Part shown: piece by piece, positions 12,988-21,892 of the stretch
Position numbering within the stretch: the first letter of the stretch is position 1
Layout of the letters: each line of letters begins with the position of its first letter
Assembly (NCBI GenBank): GCA_910586615.1
Contig: CAJUJP010000002.1
Coordinates: 57,213-121,212 of the forward strand
Direction of reading: 5' to 3'
Length of the DNA: 64,000 bases
Source: an uncultured Lachnospiraceae bacterium
Lineage (GTDB): Bacteria; Bacillota; Clostridia; Lachnospirales; Lachnospiraceae
Program-made: the position numbers and the translations under genes
Notes under the pieces: generated by a model
What the model saw: only the letters and a program-made list of their open reading frames with translations
Told to the model about the DNA's origin: nothing
Databases searched by the model: none

Positions 12988-13032
12988 CTCCTTTAGTTTT
13001 GTTTTAGGTGAGGAAGGTCTCGAACTCACCGT
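12988..13032 (-). ncRNA. preQ1 class I riboswitch
   Basis: Minus strand GGUGAG-UUCGAGACCUUC-CUCACC-UAAAACAAAACUAA-AGGAG: P1 stem, UUCG loop start, A-rich tail ending CUA next to the queT RBS. Confidence 0.88.
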
Positions 13033-13080
13033 GTTTATTCGTCGTCTGTCTCCGCGTTTGCGGGGATTCCAACGTTTCCA

Positions 13081-13109
13081 AGTATAACATGACGTGATCT
13101 GAAAAGCAA
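13081..13109 (-). promoter_or_regulatory. Putative sigmaA promoter of queT
   Basis: Minus strand TTGCTT-17 nt-TATACT with TG extension. Confidence 0.55.
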
Positions 13110-13329
13110 GCTGAATTCCGCCCCGGTTCAACCCCGGCTCAAACTCCCCAGTTCAAACTTATACACTTTCCGATAAACTGTTCATGAAAAGAAATTCCAT
13201 TTTATTTTCCACCCTGTTGTGCTATAATAATCTGTACTGTTTTCGGATATTTTATAAAAAGCAATTTTGTCAGATCATTCTGCAGCAGATTTCATAAGAG
13301 GCAGGAATACATAAGGAGGAATCAGAATT

Positions 13330-16300
13330 ATGCGAAGCAAAAAAAGATGGCTGGCATCGATACTTGCCATGGCAGTGGCATTTGGCGACTGCAGCGGTAT
13401 GATGGCAGCGGCAGCGGAAAGCGCCATTACCGTGGAAGACTCCATTTCGGAAAACAATTTGCTTCCCAATGAGACGCCGGGTACAGATCCGGCAGAGGAG
13501 GAAACGGCAGCCCTGCCAGACACGGAGAACGTTGCGGCAGAAACGGCAGCCCTGCCGGAGACAGAGAATGCTGCGGCAGAAACGGCTGTCTGGCCGGACA
13601 CGGTAAATACTGCAGAACCGAGCGATACAGACACGGAACTGCCCGCCTTACATATCGGTCAAATTCCTGGCGGCGCAGAGCTTCCCGCCGCAGACGGCAC
13701 GTTTCTTTATGACTGTCCCATTTCTTTTGAGACAGAGAAAACCCTGATTCTGTTTACCAATTATACGATAGACGCAGTCCCTGACGCAGCCAAAGCCGGA
13801 ACTCTGGAATGGAGCATTCTCCGCGGAGAAAAGGGACTGACCCCCGGAAGCGCAAATCTTCTTGACGCGCCGGATGACTGGAACGGTTTTGAAACAGTGA
13901 CCGCCGCGCCTTATTTTACCATGGAAGAAATTCCTGACACAGAGAGCGAATATGATCAGATGATGGCGCTTACGGCCAGGGAAGCCGCGTTCGTGGCCGC
14001 TGACAATGCAGGCGATGAAACGGCAAAAACGCCTGAAGCTTATGACTATTATATCCGGGCGGCATATTATCCGGCAGCCGGAAGCGGAAAGGACGAAACC
14101 TTTTATGCTGCGTCCACGATCCCTTTTATAGCCCCGAATACGACTGACGAAGCGCCGGACGGAGCGAATGCGGATGCGTCAGAAACAGAGCAATCGCAGG
14201 AAACCGCGGCAGATAGCATCTCGGGAAATGATGTGCCGGATCAGGTGAGCGTCTCGGAAAATACCGTAGACGGTGCGGAGACGGAAATAACGGATCAAAC
14301 ACCGCCTGAAGAAGATATGAATCGTACCCCGGAAGAAACCGCAGTGCAGGAGCCGGTTACGGAAGAAGAAGCTCTGCAGCAGACGTCTGCGGATTCCGTC
14401 TCCGAAAACTCTGTAACCAATCAGGCTGCGGATCCATCAGCCGCGCCCTTTGCCGATGCCGAAGAAACATCGCCGATTAAGGAAAGTGTCGGCGTATTGA
14501 CCTTGGATGCGGAAAGCGTAACGCTGCATCCCGCCCCCGCGCCGGACGCTAAATTTCTAGTCACTGCGGCAGTGGAACCGAAGGATATTACGACACCTAT
14601 AATTTGGAGCAGCAGCGATGACACGATCGCCATGGCAGCTGTACCGGGAACAGAATCAGCGCAGGAAAACGACGGAACATCGGAACCGACGCCGGCAGTC
14701 AGCGGCAAAACCGTGGAAATTACTGCTCTAAAAGAGGGAACGGCAACCATCACGGCAACATGCGGCGATCAGAAAGCCTCCGTCCATATTACGGTCGTCC
14801 CCAAAGACGACGATGAAGTGTATGATCTCTCCGGTGATCTCTGGGTAGACGGCTTTCAGCAGGAAAGCGGTGCTTTCGTCTATACAGGACAGAAGATCAC
14901 GCAGGATTTTCGCGTTTACCATAAGGAAACCCTGCTGAAAGAAAAAACGGACTATACGCTGACCTATAAAAACAATGTAAATGCCGCCGCCTGGAATACA
15001 GCCAAAGCGCCCAGCGTGACCATTAATATGAAGGGTCAGTACAGCGGCAGCATTACCCTGTATTTTACGATCCTGCCGAAAGACATCAGTAAGATCGATC
15101 CCAATCCCGCCAATGCAAATTCTGTGTTAGCCGGTTCGCCGGGCTATGAGCAGGTGGTAAATTATGCCAAAAATCTGAATATTCCGGCACCTGTTTTAAC
15201 ATATAACCAGAAAAAACTGGCTGTTAATAAGGACTTTATCTGTGATTATGGCCAATTGCCGTCAGATTATAAAAAAGGAGACAGCTATGATTTAGGACGA
15301 CAATACTCTTATACCGTAACCGGCAAAGGCAATTTCACCGGTTCTCTTCCCATGCGGCTCGTTGTCCTTAATAAGAAACAGAATTTCAACACGGCCTCTG
15401 TTACGTTAAATGCAAAAAAATATGCTTATCACGGGGTGCCGCTGACTAAGACTGACGTAATGATTACAAAGCTGAAAATCGGCAGCACGGAGCTTGATCC
15501 ATCCCTGTATGACTATGACGTCTTCAACACGAACGGACTGCAGGGCGCCTATATCAACGTTTATCCTACCGAAGCCGGAGAAGATCAGGGGTATCACGGA
15601 TTTAAGCAGATCAATCTGAAGCTGGAAGCCGACCGCGCCATCAACAAGGCGGCATTTATTGAGGCAAACTGGCAGACATCCATCCCTTTCTCCCAAAAAG
15701 TCCTAACCGAAAAGGGCGGCATGTTTCAGGAAAACAAGACATTATTGACCTATACAGATGAGACCGGAAAAACCGATACGCTGGTTGAAGATACCGATTA
15801 TACTACGAAATACAGCAATGCCCAAAAAGTCGGGAAAGTGACCGTTACCTTTACCGGAAAAGGCAGATACAAAGGTTCGATCAAAAAGACTTATCAGATT
15901 ACGGTAAATACTGAAAAAAGCCATTTTTCCTATTATTGGAAAAATGTGGCTAAAGACGGGAACGGAAGGCTTACCGTCTCCTATCAAAAGAACGGCGCCA
16001 TACCGGAATTTATCCTGCGGGATCAGGATCAGAATATCCTCAAAATCAAGACCGATTATAAGGTAACCTATAAAAATAACAAAATACCAAAGGATGCGGA
16101 AACCGGCGAAATGACCTTAGAGATTACCGGTGTCGGTAATTATAAAGGATATAAGGAATCAATCTCCCTTACGGTGACGCGCGCGAATATTGCCAACGCT
16201 GTTCTCACTGTTGCTGATAAGCCTCATAGCGACAAGAAAAATGCATGGAAGTCCGCCGTCACGATTACAGATGTAAATGGGAAAAAACTGGCGGCCGGAA

Positions 16301-18159
16301 CGGATTACGAGAAAACTCTCAGCTATCATTATGAAGGTTATGATGGCAATGAAAACAGTGTTCCTTCGATAGGTACTACCGTTACCGTGAAAGTGACAGG
16401 ATGCGGAAGCTATCAGGGCGAGATCAGCGGCACTTACCGGATTTTTGACAGCCAGAAGAACATCAGTAAATTGCAGGTTGTCATTGACTCGCAGGAATAT
16501 ACCGGAAAAGAAGTTACATTAAAGCCGGCGGATATTCATATTTATGCAAATGCGGCGGATAAGAAAAATGAAATAGAACTGCCGGATCAGACATCCTGCT
16601 ATGAAATTGTCGGATACAAGAACAACATTAAGGCGGGGAACGCAAAGGTAACCCTGCGTGGCCGGGGGGATTATGGCGGTACAAAAACCTGTTCCTTTAA
16701 GATCCAGAAGAAAGCGTATCGAAAGAACAGCGTAGACAAGATTACATTGGACAAAAACAAGTTGTCGTTTTCGCTTCTGGATACGAAACCGGAAAGCAGA
16801 ACGCTTACTGCTACGCTTACGCCTAAAGACCCGACACAAATGATAACAAACCCAACGGTAATCTGGACTACTTCAAACAGCGATATTGCAACCGTGGAGG
16901 TTTGGGAGGACTCCGGATCTGAGGAGAACAATACCACGCAGGCAGAGACTGTCCGCGTTGTGATCAATGCAAAGAAACAAGGAACCGTAACCGTCACAGC
17001 TATCGCGCAGGACGGTAATAAGAGGGCACAGTGTAATGTTACGATCACACTGCCGACCCTTACACAGAAAGGCAAAACGATAGAAGGAACTGTCGGAGAT
17101 ACATATCAGTTAACTTTTGTCGGATATGAAGACCCGGAGCATCCGATGGACATGGAAGGCATTGCTTTTACAAGCAGCAAACCGAACATAGCATCTGTAG
17201 ACGAAACAGGCAAGATCACCATGAAAAAAATCGGACCTGCCACCATCAAAGTCTCTATGGGTAATGGACAATATGTCCAGCAGTGTTATGTTGTCGTTGC
17301 AGGCGGCGAGATCGATACGGAGAATGACCCCCGGGTACTTACCTACCATCAGGCGGAGGGCTGTAAGGATGATACGCAAGCAATCAACGATTTGTTACAA
17401 AAATGGGAAAATGAAGTAAGATATCAACATCAGGACAACTATGATTATCTCTATATCCCGGCGGGCGAGTATCATATTAATCCTGCCGCAAACCCCGGTT
17501 TCACGGCGGGTATCATGTTAAGAGACGGTCAGTCGCTGATCATGTCGCCTGATGCCAAACTCTATGCGATTGGTACAAACAGTGGGATTTATCGCATGAT
17601 TTATGCTTCCGACCGCAAAGACATATACATTTCCGGCGGAAAGCTGATCGGTGAACGCGACGCGCACAAAGGCAGCGGCGGCGAGGCGGGGCATGGCATC
17701 GAAATCGTCGGCTGTACAAATGTTCATATACGTGATGTGGAAGTTTCCAAGTGCTGGGGCGACGGTATCTATCTTGGCCGCATTAGCAGTGGTAAAAACA
17801 GTAACGGCGTTACTATCGCAAACTGTAACCTGCATCATAACAGGCGAAGCAATCTGTCTATTACAGACGTATCGAATGTGAAGGTTCAGAACTGCCAGTT
17901 CAATAACGCCAATGGGACAGCGCCGCAATACGGCATTGACATTGAGCCAAACAGCGGCCAAACTTGCCAGAATGTAACAATATCCAATTGCAGTTTTAAA
18001 GGAAACGCCGGCGGAACCATCCAGATCCTCGGACAGTTGAATGGTCATATAAAGAATGTCACCATTGAAAACTGCGTCGGAGATAAAGCGCCTGTCAAGT
18101 GGTCGGGATTCGGCGGCAGCGTAAGCGGCGTAACAGAAAGGAACAATAAGTGGGGATAA
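13330..18159 (+). CDS. Secreted 1609-aa protein with Ig-like/MBG-like repeats and C-terminal right-handed beta-helix (pectate-lyase-like) domain
   Basis: Signal peptide; acidic low-complexity linker; Big_2-like WSSSDDTIA/WTTSNSDIA/FTSSKPNIA; repeated DY..Y.NN..G...TG.G.Y.G units; DDTQAI..YIPAGEY and GDGIY/HNRRSN beta-helix motifs. Confidence 0.88.
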   Translation: MRSKKRWLASILAMAVAFGDCSGMMAAAAESAITVEDSISENNLLPNETPGTDPAEEETAALPDTENVAAETAALPETENAAAETAVWPDTVNTAEPSDTDTELPALHIGQIPGGAELPAADGTFLYDCPISFETEKTLILFTNYTIDAVPDAAKAGTLEWSILRGEKGLTPGSANLLDAPDDWNGFETVTAAPYFTMEEIPDTESEYDQMMALTAREAAFVAADNAGDETAKTPEAYDYYIRAAYYPAAGSGKDETFYAASTIPFIAPNTTDEAPDGANADASETEQSQETAADSISGNDVPDQVSVSENTVDGAETEITDQTPPEEDMNRTPEETAVQEPVTEEEALQQTSADSVSENSVTNQAADPSAAPFADAEETSPIKESVGVLTLDAESVTLHPAPAPDAKFLVTAAVEPKDITTPIIWSSSDDTIAMAAVPGTESAQENDGTSEPTPAVSGKTVEITALKEGTATITATCGDQKASVHITVVPKDDDEVYDLSGDLWVDGFQQESGAFVYTGQKITQDFRVYHKETLLKEKTDYTLTYKNNVNAAAWNTAKAPSVTINMKGQYSGSITLYFTILPKDISKIDPNPANANSVLAGSPGYEQVVNYAKNLNIPAPVLTYNQKKLAVNKDFICDYGQLPSDYKKGDSYDLGRQYSYTVTGKGNFTGSLPMRLVVLNKKQNFNTASVTLNAKKYAYHGVPLTKTDVMITKLKIGSTELDPSLYDYDVFNTNGLQGAYINVYPTEAGEDQGYHGFKQINLKLEADRAINKAAFIEANWQTSIPFSQKVLTEKGGMFQENKTLLTYTDETGKTDTLVEDTDYTTKYSNAQKVGKVTVTFTGKGRYKGSIKKTYQITVNTEKSHFSYYWKNVAKDGNGRLTVSYQKNGAIPEFILRDQDQNILKIKTDYKVTYKNNKIPKDAETGEMTLEITGVGNYKGYKESISLTVTRANIANAVLTVADKPHSDKKNAWKSAVTITDVNGKKLAAGTDYEKTLSYHYEGYDGNENSVPSIGTTVTVKVTGCGSYQGEISGTYRIFDSQKNISKLQVVIDSQEYTGKEVTLKPADIHIYANAADKKNEIELPDQTSCYEIVGYKNNIKAGNAKVTLRGRGDYGGTKTCSFKIQKKAYRKNSVDKITLDKNKLSFSLLDTKPESRTLTATLTPKDPTQMITNPTVIWTTSNSDIATVEVWEDSGSEENNTTQAETVRVVINAKKQGTVTVTAIAQDGNKRAQCNVTITLPTLTQKGKTIEGTVGDTYQLTFVGYEDPEHPMDMEGIAFTSSKPNIASVDETGKITMKKIGPATIKVSMGNGQYVQQCYVVVAGGEIDTENDPRVLTYHQAEGCKDDTQAINDLLQKWENEVRYQHQDNYDYLYIPAGEYHINPAANPGFTAGIMLRDGQSLIMSPDAKLYAIGTNSGIYRMIYASDRKDIYISGGKLIGERDAHKGSGGEAGHGIEIVGCTNVHIRDVEVSKCWGDGIYLGRISSGKNSNGVTIANCNLHHNRRSNLSITDVSNVKVQNCQFNNANGTAPQYGIDIEPNSGQTCQNVTISNCSFKGNAGGTIQILGQLNGHIKNVTIENCVGDKAPVKWSGFGGSVSGVTERNNKWG
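13501..13602 (+). repeat. 39-bp in-frame tandem repeat (about 2.6 copies; ETAALPDTENVAA)
   Basis: gaaacggcagccctgcc... recurs at 13501, 13540 and 13579. Confidence 0.8.
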
Positions 18160-18225
18160 TCCACAGCCCGGGAACCATCAGGCAGGTAAACGATATCAGG
18201 CTCGACGGAAACTGAGAATACATGA

Positions 18226-18270
18226 AAAAATCAAGCTTCGCTTGATTGCCAGCTCCGCTTCGCGGACTCG
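18226..18270 (-). repeat. 45-nt double-hairpin intergenic repeat, divergent copy C
   Basis: Minus strand cgagtccgcgaagcggagctggcaatcaagcgaagcttgattttt; 33/45 identical to copy B without gaps, with three compensatory pair changes. Confidence 0.75.
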
Positions 18271-18300
18271 AAGCAGGCCTGGACATTTCCCATAACATAG

Positions 18301-18330
18301 AAAAGGGTATCCCCGCGGGGATACCCTTTT
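18301..18330. terminator. Perfect 30-bp palindrome, bidirectional terminator
   Basis: aaaagggtatccccg/cggggataccctttt between convergent genes. Confidence 0.85.
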
Positions 18331-18372
18331 TAAGATGCAAAGTGTTTAAAAAATTTGGCAGAAATGCCCGGG

Positions 18373-19560
18373 TTATTCCAGTTCACCCGCATTATATCTG
18401 GCCACAATGGACTGAATCCTTTCCACGGGATTCAGCAGGTCACTGATGGAGGTATCATGATTTAAAGTATCAATAATATAGGCGATATATTTGCTCATAT
18501 CACAGTCGATATACCATTCACGGGCAAGCAGTTCCGGCGTCTGGTAGATCAGATTTGTGGTCAGTACCCTGCAGATCGTGCCGTCAGCATATGCCTCGTC
18601 AAAACGATTCAGTCCGGCCGTGAAAAGACCGAAAGTAGAAAACACAAAGATTCTGTTGGCTTTGCGTTCCTTCAGAGCGGATGCAACCTCCAAAACGCTT
18701 TCGCCGGAAGAGATCATATCGTCGATGATGATCATATCCTTGCCCTCTACGCTGGATCCAAGGAATTCATGAGCCACGATAGGATTTCTGCCGTTTACGA
18801 CCTGCGTATAATCCCTTCTTTTATAGAACATTCCCATATCCAGTCCCAGAACATTGGCGATATAGATAGCACGGCTCATACCGCCTTCATCGGGGCTGAT
18901 TACCATCATGTGGTCGTTGTCAAGCTTTAAGCCTTTTACATTACTCAGCAGGCCCTTGATAAACTGATAAGCAGGCTGAACTGTCTCAAAACCGTGCAGA
19001 GGAATGGCATTTTGCACCCGCGGATCGTGGGCATCGAAGGTAATAATATTATCCACGCCCATGCTTACCATTTCCTGAAGGGCAAGCGCACAGTCCAGGG
19101 ATTCTCTTGCAGTTCTCTTATGCTGTCTGCTCTCATAGAGATAGGGCATGATGACAGTGATGCGTCTGGCTTTCCCTCCGACGGCGGCAATGATACGCTT
19201 CAGATCCTGATAGTGGTCGTCGGGGGACATATGGTTCTCGTGTCCGCAGAGGGAATAGGTCAGGCTGTAGTTGGCCACATCCACCAGAAGATAAAGATCG
19301 GAACCGCGCACAGACTGTTTGATCACACCTTTTGCCTCACCGGAACCGAATCTGGGTACATCGGCTTTCAAAATATAGGTGTCACGCTGGTAGCCGGAAA
19401 AGGCAAGGGAATCTTTGTGTTCACTTTCCCGTTCTGTACGCCATTTTACCAGATAGTAGTCTACCTTCTCACCCAAAGGTCTGCAGCCTTCAAGGGGAAT
19501 CATGCCAAGGGAGCCTACCGGAATGGTTTCAAGATTTCTTTTTTCTTCGCGTCTGGTCAT
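18373..19560 (-). CDS. prs: Ribose-phosphate pyrophosphokinase
   Basis: VIMPYLYESRQ, ISPDEGG, IIDDMISSGES PRPP-binding motif. Confidence 0.96.
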   Translation of the reverse strand: MTRREEKRNLETIPVGSLGMIPLEGCRPLGEKVDYYLVKWRTERESEHKDSLAFSGYQRDTYILKADVPRFGSGEAKGVIKQSVRGSDLYLLVDVANYSLTYSLCGHENHMSPDDHYQDLKRIIAAVGGKARRITVIMPYLYESRQHKRTARESLDCALALQEMVSMGVDNIITFDAHDPRVQNAIPLHGFETVQPAYQFIKGLLSNVKGLKLDNDHMMVISPDEGGMSRAIYIANVLGLDMGMFYKRRDYTQVVNGRNPIVAHEFLGSSVEGKDMIIIDDMISSGESVLEVASALKERKANRIFVFSTFGLFTAGLNRFDEAYADGTICRVLTTNLIYQTPELLAREWYIDCDMSKYIAYIIDTLNHDTSISDLLNPVERIQSIVARYNAGELE

Positions 19561-19570
19561 GCAAGAAGCC

Positions 19571-20542
19571 TCACTTTCTGTTCATCAATCGTTTCCTGTA
19601 CATTCGGATATCCCGGCCGGACAGTTTACAGATTTCATAGTGACTGGTAATACGGGAGAAGATACGATCGGAGTATCTGTTCCTCAATTCTTCCAGTGAC
19701 AGGTTGGTAGAGATCACGGTTGCTTTTTTACCCATATGCCTTTCATTCAGGAGAGAAAAAAGCTGGGAGGTAACAAACTGGTTTGTCAGTTCTGTTCCCA
19801 GATCGTCAATGATCAGCAGATCGCATTGATACAGATCCGCATAAGTTTCCCGCAGTTCGTCTCTATTCTTATAGTCAAAGGAATTCTTTGAAAGTAAATC
19901 AAACAAGCCGGTTGCACTGAAATAGATTACGGAATGTCCGGTCTCGATCAGCTCCTTGGCAACACAGCCGGAAAGAAATGATTTTCCAGTACCCACTGTA
20001 CCATAAAAAAACAGATTATGGTAGTCAGAATTGAAATTTTTGATAAAATTACGGCAGGTGTTCACTGCATTCCGAAAACGGGATAAGTCGTCACCTTCAT
20101 AGTATTCGTAGGACAGAGTATCGAAATTCTCCGTCCGCAGCATCTCACGGATATTTGACTGCTCATAGAGCAGTGTGATCATGGATTGTTTGAAACAATG
20201 GCATTTTGTGCCGTCGATATATCCGGTATCCTTACAGTCCGGGCATTCATAGACAGGTTCCAGGTAGTCGGGAGCCAGCCCGGCGTCTTCTAAAAGCTGT
20301 GCCTTGCGGCCGGATAATTCTGCCAGCCTGTCACGAAGATCCTCCATGGCATCGGGATCGCCTGCCAGCATCCTTTTTCCATGGGCTACGGAAACTGCTG
20401 CTACGGCGTCTTCCAATTCACGATAAGCCGGAATATGGTCATACACATATGCCAGCCTCTGCTCCACGTCGTGCCGGCTTTTTAACTGCTTCATTTCATA
20501 TTGATGAAGGATCATATCATACTGGGTATTCGTCAGTGACAC
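19571..20542 (-). CDS. DnaC/DnaI-like helicase-loader ATPase
   Basis: CPDC...CHC zinc motif, GTVGTGKS Walker A, LLIIDDLG Walker B, STN, RIFSRI. Confidence 0.92.
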   Translation of the reverse strand: MSLTNTQYDMILHQYEMKQLKSRHDVEQRLAYVYDHIPAYRELEDAVAAVSVAHGKRMLAGDPDAMEDLRDRLAELSGRKAQLLEDAGLAPDYLEPVYECPDCKDTGYIDGTKCHCFKQSMITLLYEQSNIREMLRTENFDTLSYEYYEGDDLSRFRNAVNTCRNFIKNFNSDYHNLFFYGTVGTGKSFLSGCVAKELIETGHSVIYFSATGLFDLLSKNSFDYKNRDELRETYADLYQCDLLIIDDLGTELTNQFVTSQLFSLLNERHMGKKATVISTNLSLEELRNRYSDRIFSRITSHYEICKLSGRDIRMYRKRLMNRK

Positions 20543-20560
20543 AAGGGTACTCCTTTTTGA

Positions 20561-21643
20561 TTAATTGCTCAACAGTTCCTGTTCCAAAGCATCGAAATCA
20601 TAGTTGTTCTGCATGAACTGATTGAATTTATTGCCGGAGGCTGTACGGGTTGTCTTTGTTTTGCGGTAATGATCATCCAGCGGCTGGATATCGTTTTTAT
20701 GGTGGACGCCTGCTTTCTGCCAGCTGCCCAGAATGCTGTCAGCATACTCGAAACGGTGCTTGTCCGTGGCAAGTACGGTGCGCTCGCAGGCTTCCAGAAT
20801 CACATCTTCTGTAAAGCCGTACTCCTTCGTCCAGCGTGTGACATAGGCGGCCTCCGTCTGCGTGGGCGTACCGCTCCGGCCCAAAGCCTGCATCACCGCA
20901 TAAACGGATTTATCGTATTTTCCGGCCAGCCGCGCTGCCTGCTTGGGCGTAGTGATTCCCTGCTGTGCCCAGCTGATGGCAACCTTCTCTATATAGCGGA
21001 GATCTTTCTTGTCGCGGTCCACGCAGTACTGGATCAGGTAATCGATCAGATCTTCCGAAAAGCCCAGCTTGTCCGAGATAAATAACATAGTGCGCACTTC
21101 ATTGGCGCTCAATGTCTTCTTTAAGTACTGTTCCGTGATAAAAAGAAGTCTGGAAGTAGCCTCGTCAGATTTAAATGCTTTCAGGTCATCCAGCGTATAA
21201 TTGGGTTTGGCATAGGCATCATCTTCCTGTGGTGTCTCAGCCTCTGCCGGGATCAGCCGGGAGGAGATCGGGACAACAGAGGCAAAGGGCGCTGATGCAG
21301 TCATTGATACTGACGGTACAGGCGCTGCCGAAGCCGGAGCCGGAAGCGGTGCAAAATCCATGAGATGAATGCCCACAACATTCTTGTTTCCGTCGTAATC
21401 CAGGGACAGGAGATGGTTTTTCTCCCAGTATTTCAAGGCGCGCATAACATCCTTCTCGGTATAGTTAAAACGGTCGGCGATATCTGAAATGCTCGTAGAA
21501 AGCCTGGCACTCATCATACGAATCAGGTACAGATAGATTTTAAGCTGCGCGTCGTTGGCAGCACTCATATATTCATCGATAAAACGGTTGGAAATAACCG
21601 TAGAATCCATGTAATTGTCTTGATAGATCGTCAGACGACTCAT
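20561..21643 (-). CDS. DnaD/DnaB-domain replication protein
   Basis: ISNRFIDEYM N-terminus; two DnaD-like domains (YIEKVAISW, YADSILGSW); GGTGG RBS before ATG 21643. Confidence 0.92.
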   Translation of the reverse strand: MSRLTIYQDNYMDSTVISNRFIDEYMSAANDAQLKIYLYLIRMMSARLSTSISDIADRFNYTEKDVMRALKYWEKNHLLSLDYDGNKNVVGIHLMDFAPLPAPASAAPVPSVSMTASAPFASVVPISSRLIPAEAETPQEDDAYAKPNYTLDDLKAFKSDEATSRLLFITEQYLKKTLSANEVRTMLFISDKLGFSEDLIDYLIQYCVDRDKKDLRYIEKVAISWAQQGITTPKQAARLAGKYDKSVYAVMQALGRSGTPTQTEAAYVTRWTKEYGFTEDVILEACERTVLATDKHRFEYADSILGSWQKAGVHHKNDIQPLDDHYRKTKTTRTASGNKFNQFMQNNYDFDALEQELLSN

Positions 21644-21758
21644 TGTCACACCACCCTCTGTTCCTTCACGGAACGCATAATGTCCCCATAAACACATGGT
21701 GAATTATAGCATAGCGGATTGAGAAATGATATAGGCAAATCGCCATAAACGAAGTGGA

Positions 21759-21770
21759 GAACAAGAGTTC
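21759..21770. promoter_or_regulatory. Putative LexA (SOS) box
   Basis: GAAC-AAGA-GTTC, the Firmicutes GAAC-N4-GTTC motif, upstream of the dnaD-like gene. Confidence 0.55.
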
Positions 21771-21776
21771 GCGAAA

Positions 21777-21892
21777 TGTGGATATTGTGGATAGCATTAA
21801 AAAATCCCGTAAAAACGGGGAATCCCGCATACAGAAATATCCACAGAAAATCGAAGGATATTTCGATCAATTTCTGTGGATATTGTGAATAA
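21777..21892. promoter_or_regulatory. DnaA-box cluster
   Basis: tgtggatat 21777, tgtggatag 21786, atatccaca 21837, tgtggatat 21875, tgtgaataa 21884; each within one mismatch of TTATCCACA. Confidence 0.8.

Noticed and set aside
13121..13156. Three cccc(g/a)g(t/c)tcaa 11-mers between divergent promoters
   Set aside because: Short and irregularly spaced, with no supporting regulator; function cannot be supported.
21777..21892. Chromosomal origin (oriC)
   Set aside because: No dnaA/dnaN nearby and no clear unwinding element; treated as a non-origin DnaA-box cluster.
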